Assembly: GCA_002269645.1 (NCBI GenBank)
Contig: NIVC01004385.1
Coordinates: 1 to 47,875, forward strand
Reading direction: 5' to 3'
Length of the DNA stretch: 47,875 nucleotides
Source: Macrostomum lignano
Lineage: Eukaryota
In this document: in pieces, positions 11,486 through 23,500 of the stretch
Numbering within the stretch: the stretch's first letter is position 1
How the letters are laid out: each line of letters begins with the position of its first letter
Position numbers and translations under genes: made by a program
Notes under the pieces: model-generated
Seen by the model: the letters and a program-made list of their open reading frames with translations, nothing else
What the model was told of the DNA's origin: nothing
The model's database searches: none

Positions 11486-11504
11486 TTCGGCTGTATGATT
11501 AATT

Positions 11505-11510
11505 AATAAA
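11505..11510 (+). terminator. Candidate polyadenylation signal of FANCJ
   Basis: AATAAA 20 nt after the TGA at 11483-11485. Confidence 0.5.
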
Positions 11511-12084
11511 CAGTAGTAGTTTCTATATATAGAAATTATCAAATGTTTTATTCATTTTTACTATCCTACTACGAGAAGTAGTATGCTAAGGGTTTTTCGT
11601 GTTTTTACTCATTTGCTTTTCTAAATTTTAAATTCGACTGCCGATACGTAGCGTAGTTCATTTTTTCTATATAAATTTGATTTCAATGTTTTAATATCCA
11701 TTAAAAATTTACTACCTACTAGTCAGTAGTGTCGACAGTTTTAAACGTGAAAAAGCTTTCAAAGGGATTTAAACGACTATTAAATCATTTATATTGCTCT
11801 TAATTACCCCCTGTGCATTTTGCAGCAAGGTGTCATACGTTTCTTAAGCTATTCTCAATGTATTTTAGCACTTTTCTACTAATATCATATTGCTAATTAA
11901 AATAAATTATTGCACATTAATGCTTATATCCTATATTTTGGCATTTGCAAATGTATTTTTTTCTACTAAAATTATAAAATCACTGTCTTTTGTGGTTTTA
12001 ATTGCATACTTTTATGGTAAAGTTTTGGAAAGACAATCAGGTGAAGCGTTTACAGTTTTAATTAGAGATAAAACCTCGCGTAAA

Positions 12085-12670
12085 ATTTCGGGATCAAATC
12101 TCAGGGGTGAGATTTCGGGATCGAATCTCAGGCGTGAGATTTCGAGATCAATCTCAGGGGTGAGACATTTCGGGATCGAATCTCAGGGGTGAGAGATTTC
12201 GGAATCGAATCTCAGGGGTGAGATTTTGGGATCGAATCTCAGGGGTGAGAGATTTCGGGATTAAATCTCAGTGGTGAGATTTCGGGATCGAATCTCAGGG
12301 GTGAGAGATTTCGGGATTAAATCTCAGTGGTGAGATTTCGGGATCGAATCTCAGGGGTGAGAGAGTTCGGAATCGAATCTCAGTGATGGTATTTCGGAAT
12401 CAAGTCTCAGTGATGAGTTTTCTGGATTGAATCTCAGTGGTGAGATTTTGGGATCAAATCTCAGGGGTGAGATTTCGGGATTAAATCTCAGTGGTGAGAT
12501 TTCGGGATCGAATCTCAGTGGTGAAATCTTTCGGGACTGAATCTCGGGGGTGAGATTTCGGGATCGAATCTCAGTGGTGAAATCTTTCGGGACTGAATCT
12601 CGGGGGTGAGATTTCGGGATCGAATCTCTGTGGTGAAATTTTTCTGGATCAAATCTCGGGGATGAGTTTT
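12085..12670. repeat. 27-29-bp minisatellite with an internal inverted repeat (GAGATT...AATCTC) between the convergent FANCJ and FAM78 genes
   Basis: Unit GAGATTTCGGGATCGAATCTCAGGGGT and variants. Confidence 0.92.
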
Positions 12671-13125
12671 CTAGATCATTTTTAAGGATGAGAATCTGAA
12701 AAAAGTCTCAAGGTGCGATTTTGGGACATATATTTTATGTGTGAGATTCCTTCCTTCGGTACCTTGGATTGGACAAAAAACAATCCATGTCCGTGAATTC
12801 CCAGCTCAAGTTTTTTCGCCGTTAGATCCTCTATTCCGTCCTTGGTCGCAGGTGCTTAAAAAATCAAACAAAAAAGATTACGGCTGTTCAGAAAATTGAA
12901 AGATAAAAAGGCCCAAAGGGCTCTTTGGTCGCTCGTTGCTCTTTTCAACTTGAAGCTGAATTGACTTTTCGGGATAAAACAAATTGTCATTTGCGCCAAT
13001 AAACACGTCTTGTACGGCATCATTCATCATCTCAAATAAACAAATGAATATAAAAAGTGAAACTTCCATGAGGCGGCTTAGGACAGCAAGCGGAGTGCAA
13101 CGGAGGTTGGGGGCGAGGAAAAATC

Positions 13126-14877
13126 TCAGTGCTGCCTATCCACTTCGGAGTATCGTCGCTTCAGTTCGACATCGGCTACCCCGTTGCTGTCCTGCCTCCA
13201 GGCCAGCCGCCTGCCATGCCGATGATGCTCCCGGTGGCCCAGCAGACTAGTGGTCTTGTTGCTTGACGCTATTGGCGCCTGCTGCTGCTGCTGCACACCC
13301 TGGCTGGATTGGTAGCGCCGCAGTCTGGCGCCGCCGTCCCACGAACAGTAGCGCCCAATATCGCGATCGTTTCGCCAACTGGGGCACAGGTGTAAATCCT
13401 TGGGCCGGTGCACCCGGTTCGGCGCCACGCCCGGCATCATGTCGCGGAGCCATCGCTCCCAGGGTACAATAGTCTGTTTTGGCGGCACCAGGATGTCCGG
13501 CTGTTGTCCGGGCTGTTTCGGATACCAGATTAGCGACTGGGCGGCGTTGCAGTGCGGCGGATGCACAGCCGACAGAGGCATCGGTTTGACCTCCTCTTCT
13601 GGCAGGATTCTCGGCGCTTCCATTTGAGTATCTGTTAGAGTTCGCAATCGTCTGCCAATGCGCTCGTGCGGGTCGAATTCCATGTGCAACGAGTAGCGCC
13701 AGTGCATGCTGCTCAGTATGTGAATCTGATCATCGCCCAGGTGAAACACGTCGGTATCGGCGTGCAGCGCCGCTCTCTTGATGGCCACCAGCCAGATCCA
13801 GAAGCTTTGCCGGCGAATAACGTCGGTTAGTTTTACGCCGTTGCAGTAGGGCAGGTCCCAGGCCACGGTTGGATAGAAATGGTCGGCGTACTGCAGCTTG
13901 ATGACGCTGTCCCGGACGACACCTTTAAATTCCATTTCGAGTGGTAGTTTTGTAGCAATTTTTGTTAGTCTACGTTATGGGCTGATAAACTGGTATTGTA
14001 AATTGACAAGTCACGTGACTCCGAAAGTTATTTAAAGCACTAGATGGTAGCCAATGCAATCTTCAACCACATGACCTGAACCGTCGCAAGGCATTGGATC
14101 GTAGCTGATTTAGCTGGTCACATGACCTGACCCGTTGCAAGGCATAGGATCGTAGCTAATTTAACCAGTCGTCACGTGACCTGACCCGTTGCAAGGCATA
14201 GGATCGTAGCTAATTTAACCAGTCGTCACGTGACCTGACCCGTTGCAAGGCATAGGATCGTAGCTAATTTAACCAGTCGTCACGTGACCTGACCCGTTGC
14301 AAGGCATAGGATCGTAGCTAATTTAACCAGTCGTCACGTGACCTGACCCGTTGCAAGGCATAGGATCGTAGCTAATTTAACCAGTCGTCACGTGACCTGC
14401 CCCGTCGCAAGGCATTGGGATCGTAGCCGAATTAACTGGTCACGTGACCCTGAGAATATTTTGTAATTGTATCGAACCGACCGATAAGCAAGTAAAAGTC
14501 AATTTATTAAGCGTAAATTTACCTTTAGTAACTTCGCACTTGCTCGAGGTCAGACTGTAGAACGGATACTGTCTACCATCGCTGTCATTGACCATTCGAT
14601 GTTGTCTCGTTTTCAATGGGTGGAACTCCCAGAACGAGCTGCCGTATTGCCCGTACCGGTTCTCCAAATACATCCGGTCGCAGGCTTGAATCAGCCCTAT
14701 AGTCCAATGACTGTCCGCAATTGACTCTTCAAGTTCAACGAGCGCTTTGCACTTGAAATGCTGGCTCTCGTACTGAACCAAATATGGCTTCTCAGTCACT
14801 TTAGTGCTGGTCTTCGGGTCGTAGTAGCATTTGATCTGGTCAACCCGGATGTTGTCCGTATTGAATTTGGGCGACAT
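13126..14877 (-). CDS. FAM78: FAM78-family protein, about 383 aa. Exons 14877-14523 and 13922-13126
   Basis: WTIGLIQACDRM..NRYGQYGSSFWE, VNDSDGRQYPFY, DHFYPTVAWDLP, RRQSFWIWLVA, SMHWRYSLHMEFDP and HCNAAQSLIWYP align by eye with the FAM78A/B motifs. The phase-1 GT-AG intron joins in frame (1152 nt). Confidence 0.88.
14060..14450. repeat. 54-bp minisatellite in the FAM78 intron; the better-conserved units each carry the palindrome GTCACGTGAC
   Basis: Exact 54-bp period from 14171 to 14387. Confidence 0.95.
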
Positions 14878-15220
14878 TGTGCGCTTAATTGACTTTTATT
14901 AATTGATGTTCAACTATATAGAAGACTAATAATAATGCTTGGTTGGTCTCACAGCGGCGCTGATCTGCTATCCCGCCATTGTCTTCCGTCGGGGCGGGAA
15001 CGGGGATGAACGGGGCAAATTGACTGCTAACCGACAGCGATAGCTTAAGCGCGTATGTCTGTCATACGGCAGCGGTTTTTTTACATAAACTATTTGGCAA
15101 TTAGTTGACTTCTAATCTAGCAGATGCAACTTCCTCTTCGTGTGTCAAAGCCACAGAGCTCGGAATATGCATACCAGATGCTATTTTTAGTAGTTTATTT
15201 GATTGGCAAAACGGTATGCC

Positions 15221-15321
15221 AATGCTGGCTCTCGTACTGAACCAAATATGGCTTCTCAGTCACTTTAGTGCTGGTCTTCGGGTCGAAGTAGCATTTGATC
15301 TGGTCAACCCGGATGTTGTCC
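15221..15321 (-). other. 101-bp duplicate of FAM78 exon 1 (14757-14857), one mismatch
   Basis: Direct alignment at offset 464; T>A at 15286. Confidence 0.95.
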
Positions 15322-16559
15322 AGCATTGGCAAAATGGTATATAAGAATACCAGGAATAATGCAGGAAGACTGTGCGCAGTTGGCGGCAACGTCTCTCACA
15401 GCCAGAGCTGAGGCAGTTCTGCCCATTCTACCAACTCCTGAGTACGTGCAAGCCCGCCAATACTGTACGCAGGCACGCACTCATACACGGTGTACAGCAG
15501 CTCTTGACTTTCTAATCTTTCGGCATGTACATTCTATTTTTTATTTGAGGCAGGGGGTTGTGTTAAAGTGCACCCTGGCGCACTTTAAGTGACATAGGCA
15601 CAACCGGCGAGAGGCATTACTGCCCATTCCGCCGACTCCCCTGAGCAGGCATACAAGCGTGCGGATACGTACGCACACACACACAGGAGTGTACAGCGGC
15701 CCTAGCTTTATATTATCGTTAGGCATGTACACTTCACTGCGCCTTGGGGGGGGGGGGGGTTGGCTCTCAAGGCCGCTAATTGCACGAGCAGAGCCAAGCC
15801 GAGATTCCAATTCAGCCCCAAATTAATGTGACTGCACTTGGAATCGAGCCACTTGCACACCAGAGCCTGCGCTAGACCGCTGGCCTACGGCCCCCCTTGG
15901 CATGTGCACTCTCTGTGTGCCCTGTTAGGTTGGCCCTCATGGCTTTAATTCGCACGTCATCCGGCAAAGCCGATTTTTCAAAGCCGATGTTTAAGAACGC
16001 TTATAGACAGAATATGAGGTCGATTATCTATCGATTAAAGAGCCTTTAAACCTAGTAAAACCACAGTAGTACAAATTGTTTATACCAATTGTCAAGCAAA
16101 AAAGAAGGCAGAAAAAGCGATGCCTCTAGACGTTAGGTCGGGAAATGCTTGACCTACCTAAATGGAATTGAAGTCCGCATTTGCAACGGCGCTTCAGTAT
16201 ATTCGTATTAGAGCTAAGGCCTGTTCCGCTCTATGGCATGAGAGAAGGAAGGCGATTTTAGCTGATTGCGGTCGGCCTGGCAAACAAATTGAATTTCGGA
16301 CTCTACCGCCGAGTTGGCGATAGGGGAATATCGATCTTTTATAGAAACTGGGGGTCAGTTTGTGCCACGACTTCTCGGCGTCCGGCTAATGTGGAGTTTC
16401 GCAGCAGTTTACAGGCTCTGATGATGGCGACCACAGTCCCGACCGTTTCGGCGTATAGAATTTTCAAATGCTATAGCTATTTACATGCTTAAAGCTTTGT
16501 TCCTGATGAGCTTCTGCGCGTATAACTGAGCTGGTGGGGGAGGTGTGCTGGTGACACTG

Positions 16560-17145
16560 CGAGCGTGAGACTGCAAGAGTGAAACTAGGAGAGTGAGACT
16601 GAGAGAGTGAGATTGGGAGAGGGAGATTTTTAGAGTGAGACTGGGAGAATGAGACTGAGAGAGTGAGACTGGGAGAATGAGACTGGGAGAGTGAGACTGG
16701 TAGAGTGAGACTGGGAGAATGAGACTGAGAGAGTGAGACTGGGAGAATGAGACTGAGAGAGTGAGACTGGGAGAATGAGACTGAGAGAGTGAGACTGGGA
16801 GAATGAGACTGAGAGAGTGAGACTGGGAGAGTGAGACTGAGAGTGAGACTGGGAGAGTGAGAATGGGAGAGTGAGACTGGGAGAATGAGACTGGGAGAAT
16901 GAGACTGGGAGAGTGAGACTGGGAGAATGAGACTGGGAGAGTGAGACTGAGAGAATGAGACTGGGAGAATGAGACTGGGAGAGTGAGACTGGGAGAGTGA
17001 GACTGAGAGAGTGAGACTGGGAGAATGAGACTGGGAGAGTGAGACTGGGAGAGTGAGACTGGGAGAGTGAGACTGGGAGAGTGAGACTGGGAGAGTGAGA
17101 CTGAGAGAGTGAGACTGGGAGAGTGAGATTGAGTCAGAGTGAGAC
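16560..17145. repeat. ~14-bp minisatellite (GAGAGTGAGACTGG / GAGAATGAGACTGG)
   Basis: Direct reading; it explains the SLSQSH-repeat ORFs. Confidence 0.95.
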
Positions 17146-17567
17146 CCATTGCTATTCATATAATCATTTTTATTATTCCGTGATTATTAGACATTCAAAG
17201 GTGAAAATATTTCCAGGCGAGATTGAAAGCATTATAGCTCGTACTAAACGAACGATAAACGCGCTTATTAAAAAGTCGTGAATGCTTTTGTACAATACAA
17301 ATTTGGTGAATTTGCAGAACAACAAAGCCAACTCAAATTTTTTTTCGAGGCAAACAGTGCTACAATATGGCGCTTTTCCAGGTGAAAAAAAAACTATTAG
17401 AAGTATTAAAATACAGTTTGTTATAGTTAGTTATAGTTAGCGCCGCTAATCAAAGCGATAATCGAGAGCACCTCCCACCCTTCACTGAGCACTCCCACTC
17501 TCTGCGCCTTTGTGCTTGAACTCGAACCCACAGTTAAAAATGCTCGAGAGACGTCAGACATGTTGCC

Positions 17568-20500
17568 TCAAGCGTCGGATAACTTGCTGCCAACCGCTTG
17601 GGTGGATCGCTTCTGCCGGTACTCGTTAATAATGGCGGCAGCCAGTGCTGGCGTGTTGAAAGCATTCTGGCGCTCCCAGACAACTTCTTCTGGCTGCTGC
17701 TGCTGCTGTTGCTGCTTTTGATGCTGATGCTGCCGCCTGCCACAAGCGGCTGCTGCAGAGCCGTAAACTCCAGATACAGCGCAGGACATTGGCGTTGAAG
17801 CGCCTGACGATGTCGTTGTACCGTCGCTCGCCGTCACCAAGTCGCTAAAGACAACTTTGTGACTTGGCGACCGTTCGGCTAGCGACGCTGCAACGTCTGT
17901 CGCTGTTCCAGAAGACGTGGCCGAATTGCTGCTTCGACGACGACCAGCGACGCAGACGCCGCCGCTTCTGCTCGCTACCGACGTCTTTACAGGTGACGCT
18001 GGCTTGACTGGCACCTGCGCCTGGGTTCAAGGAGCGAACAGATGCGCCGTGATGACTATGAGTGGCTTTCTGGGAATGCATTTCCCGAAGATTTTGAAGG
18101 CAACACCTTAAGAAGCGTCACTTTTGAAAAAGCACCTTTTGACACACTTTCATGAGACAGCTCTGAAAGAGACACCTCTTAGCAAAACAACTTTGAGAGA
18201 GAGACACCTCTGAAAAAGAAACATTTGAGAGAGACACCCCTCAGAGAGACTCCCCTGAGAAAGAAACCTCTCTGAGAGACTCCCCTGACAAAGACACCCC
18301 TCAGAGAGACAGAGAGACCCCTGAGAGATACTGCTGAGAGAGACACCCCTTAGAGAGAGACACCTCTGAAGAGACACCTCTGAGAGAGACACCTCTGAGA
18401 GAGACACCTCTGAGAGAGACACCTCTGAGAGAGACACCTCTGAGAGAGACACCTCTGAGAGAGACACCTCTGAGTCGAGAGACACCTCTGAGAGAGACAC
18501 CTCTGAGAGAGACACCTCTGAGAGAGACACCTCTGAGAGAGACACCTCTGAGAGAGACACCTCTGAGAGAGACACCTCTGAAAGAGACACCTCTGAGAGA
18601 GACACCTCTAAAAGAGACACCTCTAAAGAGACACATCTCAGAGAGACACCTTTGAGAGAGACACATCTGAGAGAGACACCTCTGAGAGTGTCACCTTTAA
18701 TAGCGAAACCTTTGCCTCACCGAAATTGGTCCAGCTTTTTCCTCTTGTATTCCAACCAAAGTCCGCCTCGCTGCATTGCTCTCCTGCAAGTCGTTCTCTT
18801 TGAGCTCCGGTGCTTCAGATGATTCTTCTTGAGGCTGCTTACGAGGCGAAACAATTTTACCTGCTCCACCGCTGTCACCACTGTGAAATACTTGGTCAGA
18901 TTCATCAGGCGATTGTTGCTTTTCTTGTTGTAAATTTTTGCTTCTGAAATGATATTGTAGCTTTCTAATATTTTGAACTGCAGTTATTTCGCATTCAATG
19001 GTGCAACTTACTCGACAAGCTGTCGCACTGTTCGTGCCAAACCGTCGCATCGACGCTTTGACTCCGACAAAGACTGACGAACTGAAGACACGAGTCTGTA
19101 AGGCGAATTCGTAGAGAATCTCAGTCAGAGAAATTAAAATTTCAATTCTAGATCCACATCTTAAGACCATTCCATGTCAGAACAACAAGACTACCAGCAG
19201 GCCAGCAAACCTGTTGCACTCTTCAATATGCTTTCGTCGCTTAGCAACGGACTCGGCCACCGGTCGGTCGATTCGTTGCACCGCCTGAGCCTCCTGATCC
19301 GCCAGCAGCGCCAGCAGGATGCTCAATCTGTGCTCAGCGCTGCTCACAAATTCCGTAGTATTTTCGTCAGTTCCACCTCCACCTGGCTGCGATGCTACAG
19401 CCGCTTCCAGACTGGCAATTAGGGCGGCAATTTCTGTCTGGCGATTGCAGAACTCGCGATAGGCCTCGTCCATGGCTAACATCTCCCGGTTGGTGTCGCC
19501 TTCAGATTCTTCTGCCGAGGCGACCGAGGACTTAGCGACTGCCATCTGTTGACAGAATCCACGTTGAGGAATCTTATTGACTGAATAAACACCCTGTTTT
19601 GAACTGTTTGCTTGTAGCTTATCGAAGCAGGCATGGGAGTGAGGTGGGCGTCTAACTGGGGTAGGGAGAGATCTGTGCCGCAAGGTTTAATCAGGCCGCG
19701 GAGCGAGGTAGGCGTCCAACTAGGGGTAGAAGGAGATGCATACTGCGAGGTTTAAGGCAGACAGGCGGTGGAGTGAGGTGGGTGTCCAACTGGGGGTGGG
19801 GGAGAAGATCTGTGCCGCGAGGTTTAATCAGGCGGCGGAGTGAGGTAGGCGTCCAACTAAGGGTTAGTCATAGACGTTTCATTTAAGTACATTTCTTTTT
19901 ACTTACAATAGGCTTCATAGTATCGGCATTTTCAATTGCTTCCTGTGTCTGTGGCTCCGGCTGCGACAGCGGCGGCTTCACCACTTGAGTAGCCGGGGAT
20001 GAGGCTGCTAAAACGGGAATTATTTGCGATTGAATGAATGGACAAATAAACGACCTTGAGAGATCAGTTGGACAATTTAATGACCTTGAGAGATCAGTTG
20101 GACAATTTAATGACCTTGAGAGATCAGTTGGACAATCAAACGACCTTGAAAGATTAGTTGGACAATCAAACGACCTTGAGAGACCAGTTGGACAATCAAA
20201 CGACCTTGAGAGATCAGTTGGACAATTTAATGACCTTGAGAGATCAGTTGGACAATCAAACGACCTTGAGAGATCAGTTAGACAATTGAACGACCTTGAG
20301 AGATCAGTTGGACAATCAAACGACCTTGAAAGATTAGTTGGACAATCAAACGACCTTGAGAGATCAGTTGGACAATTTAATGACCTTGAGAGATCAGTTG
20401 GACAATCAAACGACCTTGAGAGATCAGTTAGACAATTGAACGACCTTGAGAGATCAGTTGGACAATCAAACGACCTTGAAAGATTAGTTGGACAATCAAA

Positions 20501-23500
20501 CGACCTTGAGAGACCAGTTGGACAATCAAACGACCTTGAGAGATCAGTTAGACAATCAAACGACTTTGAGAGGTCAGTTGGACAATCAAACGACCTTGAG
20601 AGATCAGTTAGACAATTGAACGACCTTGAGTGAGCAGGTGAATAATTTTTCCTAAAAGCTAGTCACTAAACGAGACTAAAAAGATTTTGCTCACCGCTTT
20701 TATTAGAGAACGCGCTATCCTGGCTGGTCTCGCTAGGCGGCGCGCTGCTTATTTGCTTAGCCGTCTGTTGTTGATGCTTCTTCTCAAAAGCAGAATCGTT
20801 CTGCTGCTGCTGCTGCGTCGTGGTTGCTACGTCACCCGTCTGACAGCAGCTGATTTGTTTCTGCTGCTGCTGCTGATTAAAGAGGCAGTTGGGCATCGCA
20901 CACGACTGGGCTGGCTTTGCAGGATACAGACAGGAGTGCTGGTGGTTCCACAGCTGACTCTGACCGTGATGGTGCTGATGATATGGACAACATTGCTGCT
21001 GCCTTGGGCTTCTAAGCTGCTTGTCACCTGAAAGGTAGGAAAAGCATTGCGTCCCGATAGAAAGCATGTCGCTAGAATTTTATATTAAAGGTGTATAAAA
21101 AACTTTTCTTTTTACAAAATTCAGCTGGGGAGGAGCAATGCGCCGTAGTCAGCTGGCAGGTGCAAGACTGCCTCAGGTGGTGCTGTCGGTGCTGTAATAG
21201 TCTAGTCTGCTGCTCCAGCTGCTGCTGCTGTTGCTGCAAAAGCAGCTGCTTCTGGTGCAAACTGTGCAACATGGCCGGCGTTTGGTTGCCATGCGTGTTG
21301 TTGCCAAGGGGGATTTGCCTGCTGCCGATGCAGTACTTGCTAGGGGCTGCTGCTGCACTTCTTGTCTGCTGCTGGGGCTCCTGGATTTTTAGTAGACAGT
21401 TGGGCCTCACGTCTCTGTGGGAGCACAGAGTTAGTTAATTAGTTCGTTAGTTAGCTATTTAGTTAGTTAATTACTTCGTTAGCTAGTAAGTCAGTAAGTT
21501 AGTTAGTCAGTTAGTCAGTTAGTCAATTAGTTAGTCAGTTAGTCAGTCAGTTAGTCAGTCAGTCAGTCAGTCAGTCAGTCAGTCAGTCAGTCAGTCAGTC
21601 AGTCAGTCAGTCAGGCAGTCAGTCAGTCAGGCAGGCAGGCAGTCAGTCAGTCAGTCAGGCAGGCAGTCAGTCAGGCAGGCAGTCAGTCAGTCAGGCAGTC
21701 AGGCAGTCAGGCAGTCAGTCAGTCAGTCAGTCAGGCAGTCAGGCAGTCAGTCAGTCAGTCAGTCAGGCAGTCAGTCAGTCAGTCAGTCAGGCAGTCAGGC
21801 AGTACCTCACATCCTCCAGCTCGTAGAACAGCTGCCTGCAAGTTTTATCCTGCACGTAGATCCTTCTCTGCGGATTATCGGCGAACCACTCAGCCGAAAT
21901 CCACTGGGAGAATGCCTGCACAAACATCTCCTTGACCGTGTCCAGCGAGTTGATCTTGGCTGGTAGTTGCACGCGACGAACTTGGTCGCGAAAAATTAAA
22001 AATGCCGGTCCTGCTGCGGGGATTGTTTGAGAGAGACTCTGCAGACGGAAGGAAATGCCTGATGGGGCAGCTGACAGCTAGTTAGTAAGTCCGTTGCCCC
22101 CCCCCCGCAGCTAAAGTCAGGGTGTACAGCTGGTACAGGGTAAACCTGACGTTTTCATCGCCTCAGGCGTGGTGTACACTGCACTCTCTGTGCCTTGGGG
22201 TTGGTCCTGATAAAGACAGCCCTAATGGGCAGATGTGCAACCGACAGCTCAGCCGCAGCTATTGCGCGGCGCATCTGAAGGCTGCGTACGGATGCTCAGT
22301 CCAGGAACTGGGGGGTCGCCACACATACTGGCTCAATTACCCCAGCTAATGCTGGCACCCATTTTATAGCTGGGTGAACTGAAGGGCACAAGAGTGTGTT
22401 GTTCCAAGTGTGTCGAGAATCGAATCCTTGACTTTCTAGTAGTGAGTTCGACGCTCTAATCACTAGGCTACACGACGCTGAAATGAGTTGCAACTGCTAA
22501 TGAAGAGACAAATTATCACCAAGTTCACCTGTCGAGACCGACTTGGAGCTGCGAATCCGACGCAGAGTGAACAGTCCCTGCAAGCCTGAGGCCCGCTTGC
22601 CGCCGGACTCCGAGTTCTTCGATGATGACGTAGACACTCTCGACGCGGCTTCCTGGGCGCCAAGGTTGGCCACGTTGCCCAGACTGCCGAACTGCGGTCG
22701 GGTGGCGCCGCTCAGCGAGCTCTGGTGCTGCTGGAAGCTGGAGGCTGAGTCCAGCTGGCTGCCAGACTGCTGCTGCAGTGTCAGAGGGATGTTGGCTAGA
22801 TTAGCAATCCATTCTATTCCTTCATTGGTGATGTTGGCTAGATTAGCAATCCATTCTATTCCTTCATTGGTGATGTTGGCTAGATTAGCAATCCATTCTA
22901 TTCCTTCATTGGTGATGTTGGCTAGATTAGCAATCCATTCTATCCCTTCCTTGCTGATGTTGGCTAGATTAGCAATCCATTCTATTCCTTCATTGGTGAT
23001 GTTGGCTAGATTAGCAATCCATTCTATCCTTTCATTGCTGATGTTGGCTAGATTAGCAATCCATTCTATTCCTTCATTGGTGATGTTGGCTAGATTAGCA
23101 ATCCATTCTATTCCTTCATTGGTGATGTTGGCTAGATTAGCAATCCATTCTATCCCTTCCTTGCTGATGTTGGCTAGATTAGCAATCCATTCTATTCCTT
23201 CATTGGTGATGTTGGCTAGATTAGCAATCCATTCTATCCTTTCATTGCTGATGTTGGCTAGATTAGCAATCCATTCTATTCCTTCATTGCTGATGTTGAC
23301 TAGATTAGCAATCCATTCTATCCCTTCATTGCTGATGTTGACTAGATTAGCAATCCATTCTATTCCTTCATTGCTGATGTTGGCTAGATTAGCAATCCAT
23401 TCTATCCCTTCATTGGTGATGTTGGCTAGATTAGCAATCCATCTAAACTCACTCTTCTTCTCCGACCGTCGCCAACTCCAAGCAGCGGACTGGAGGGCAG

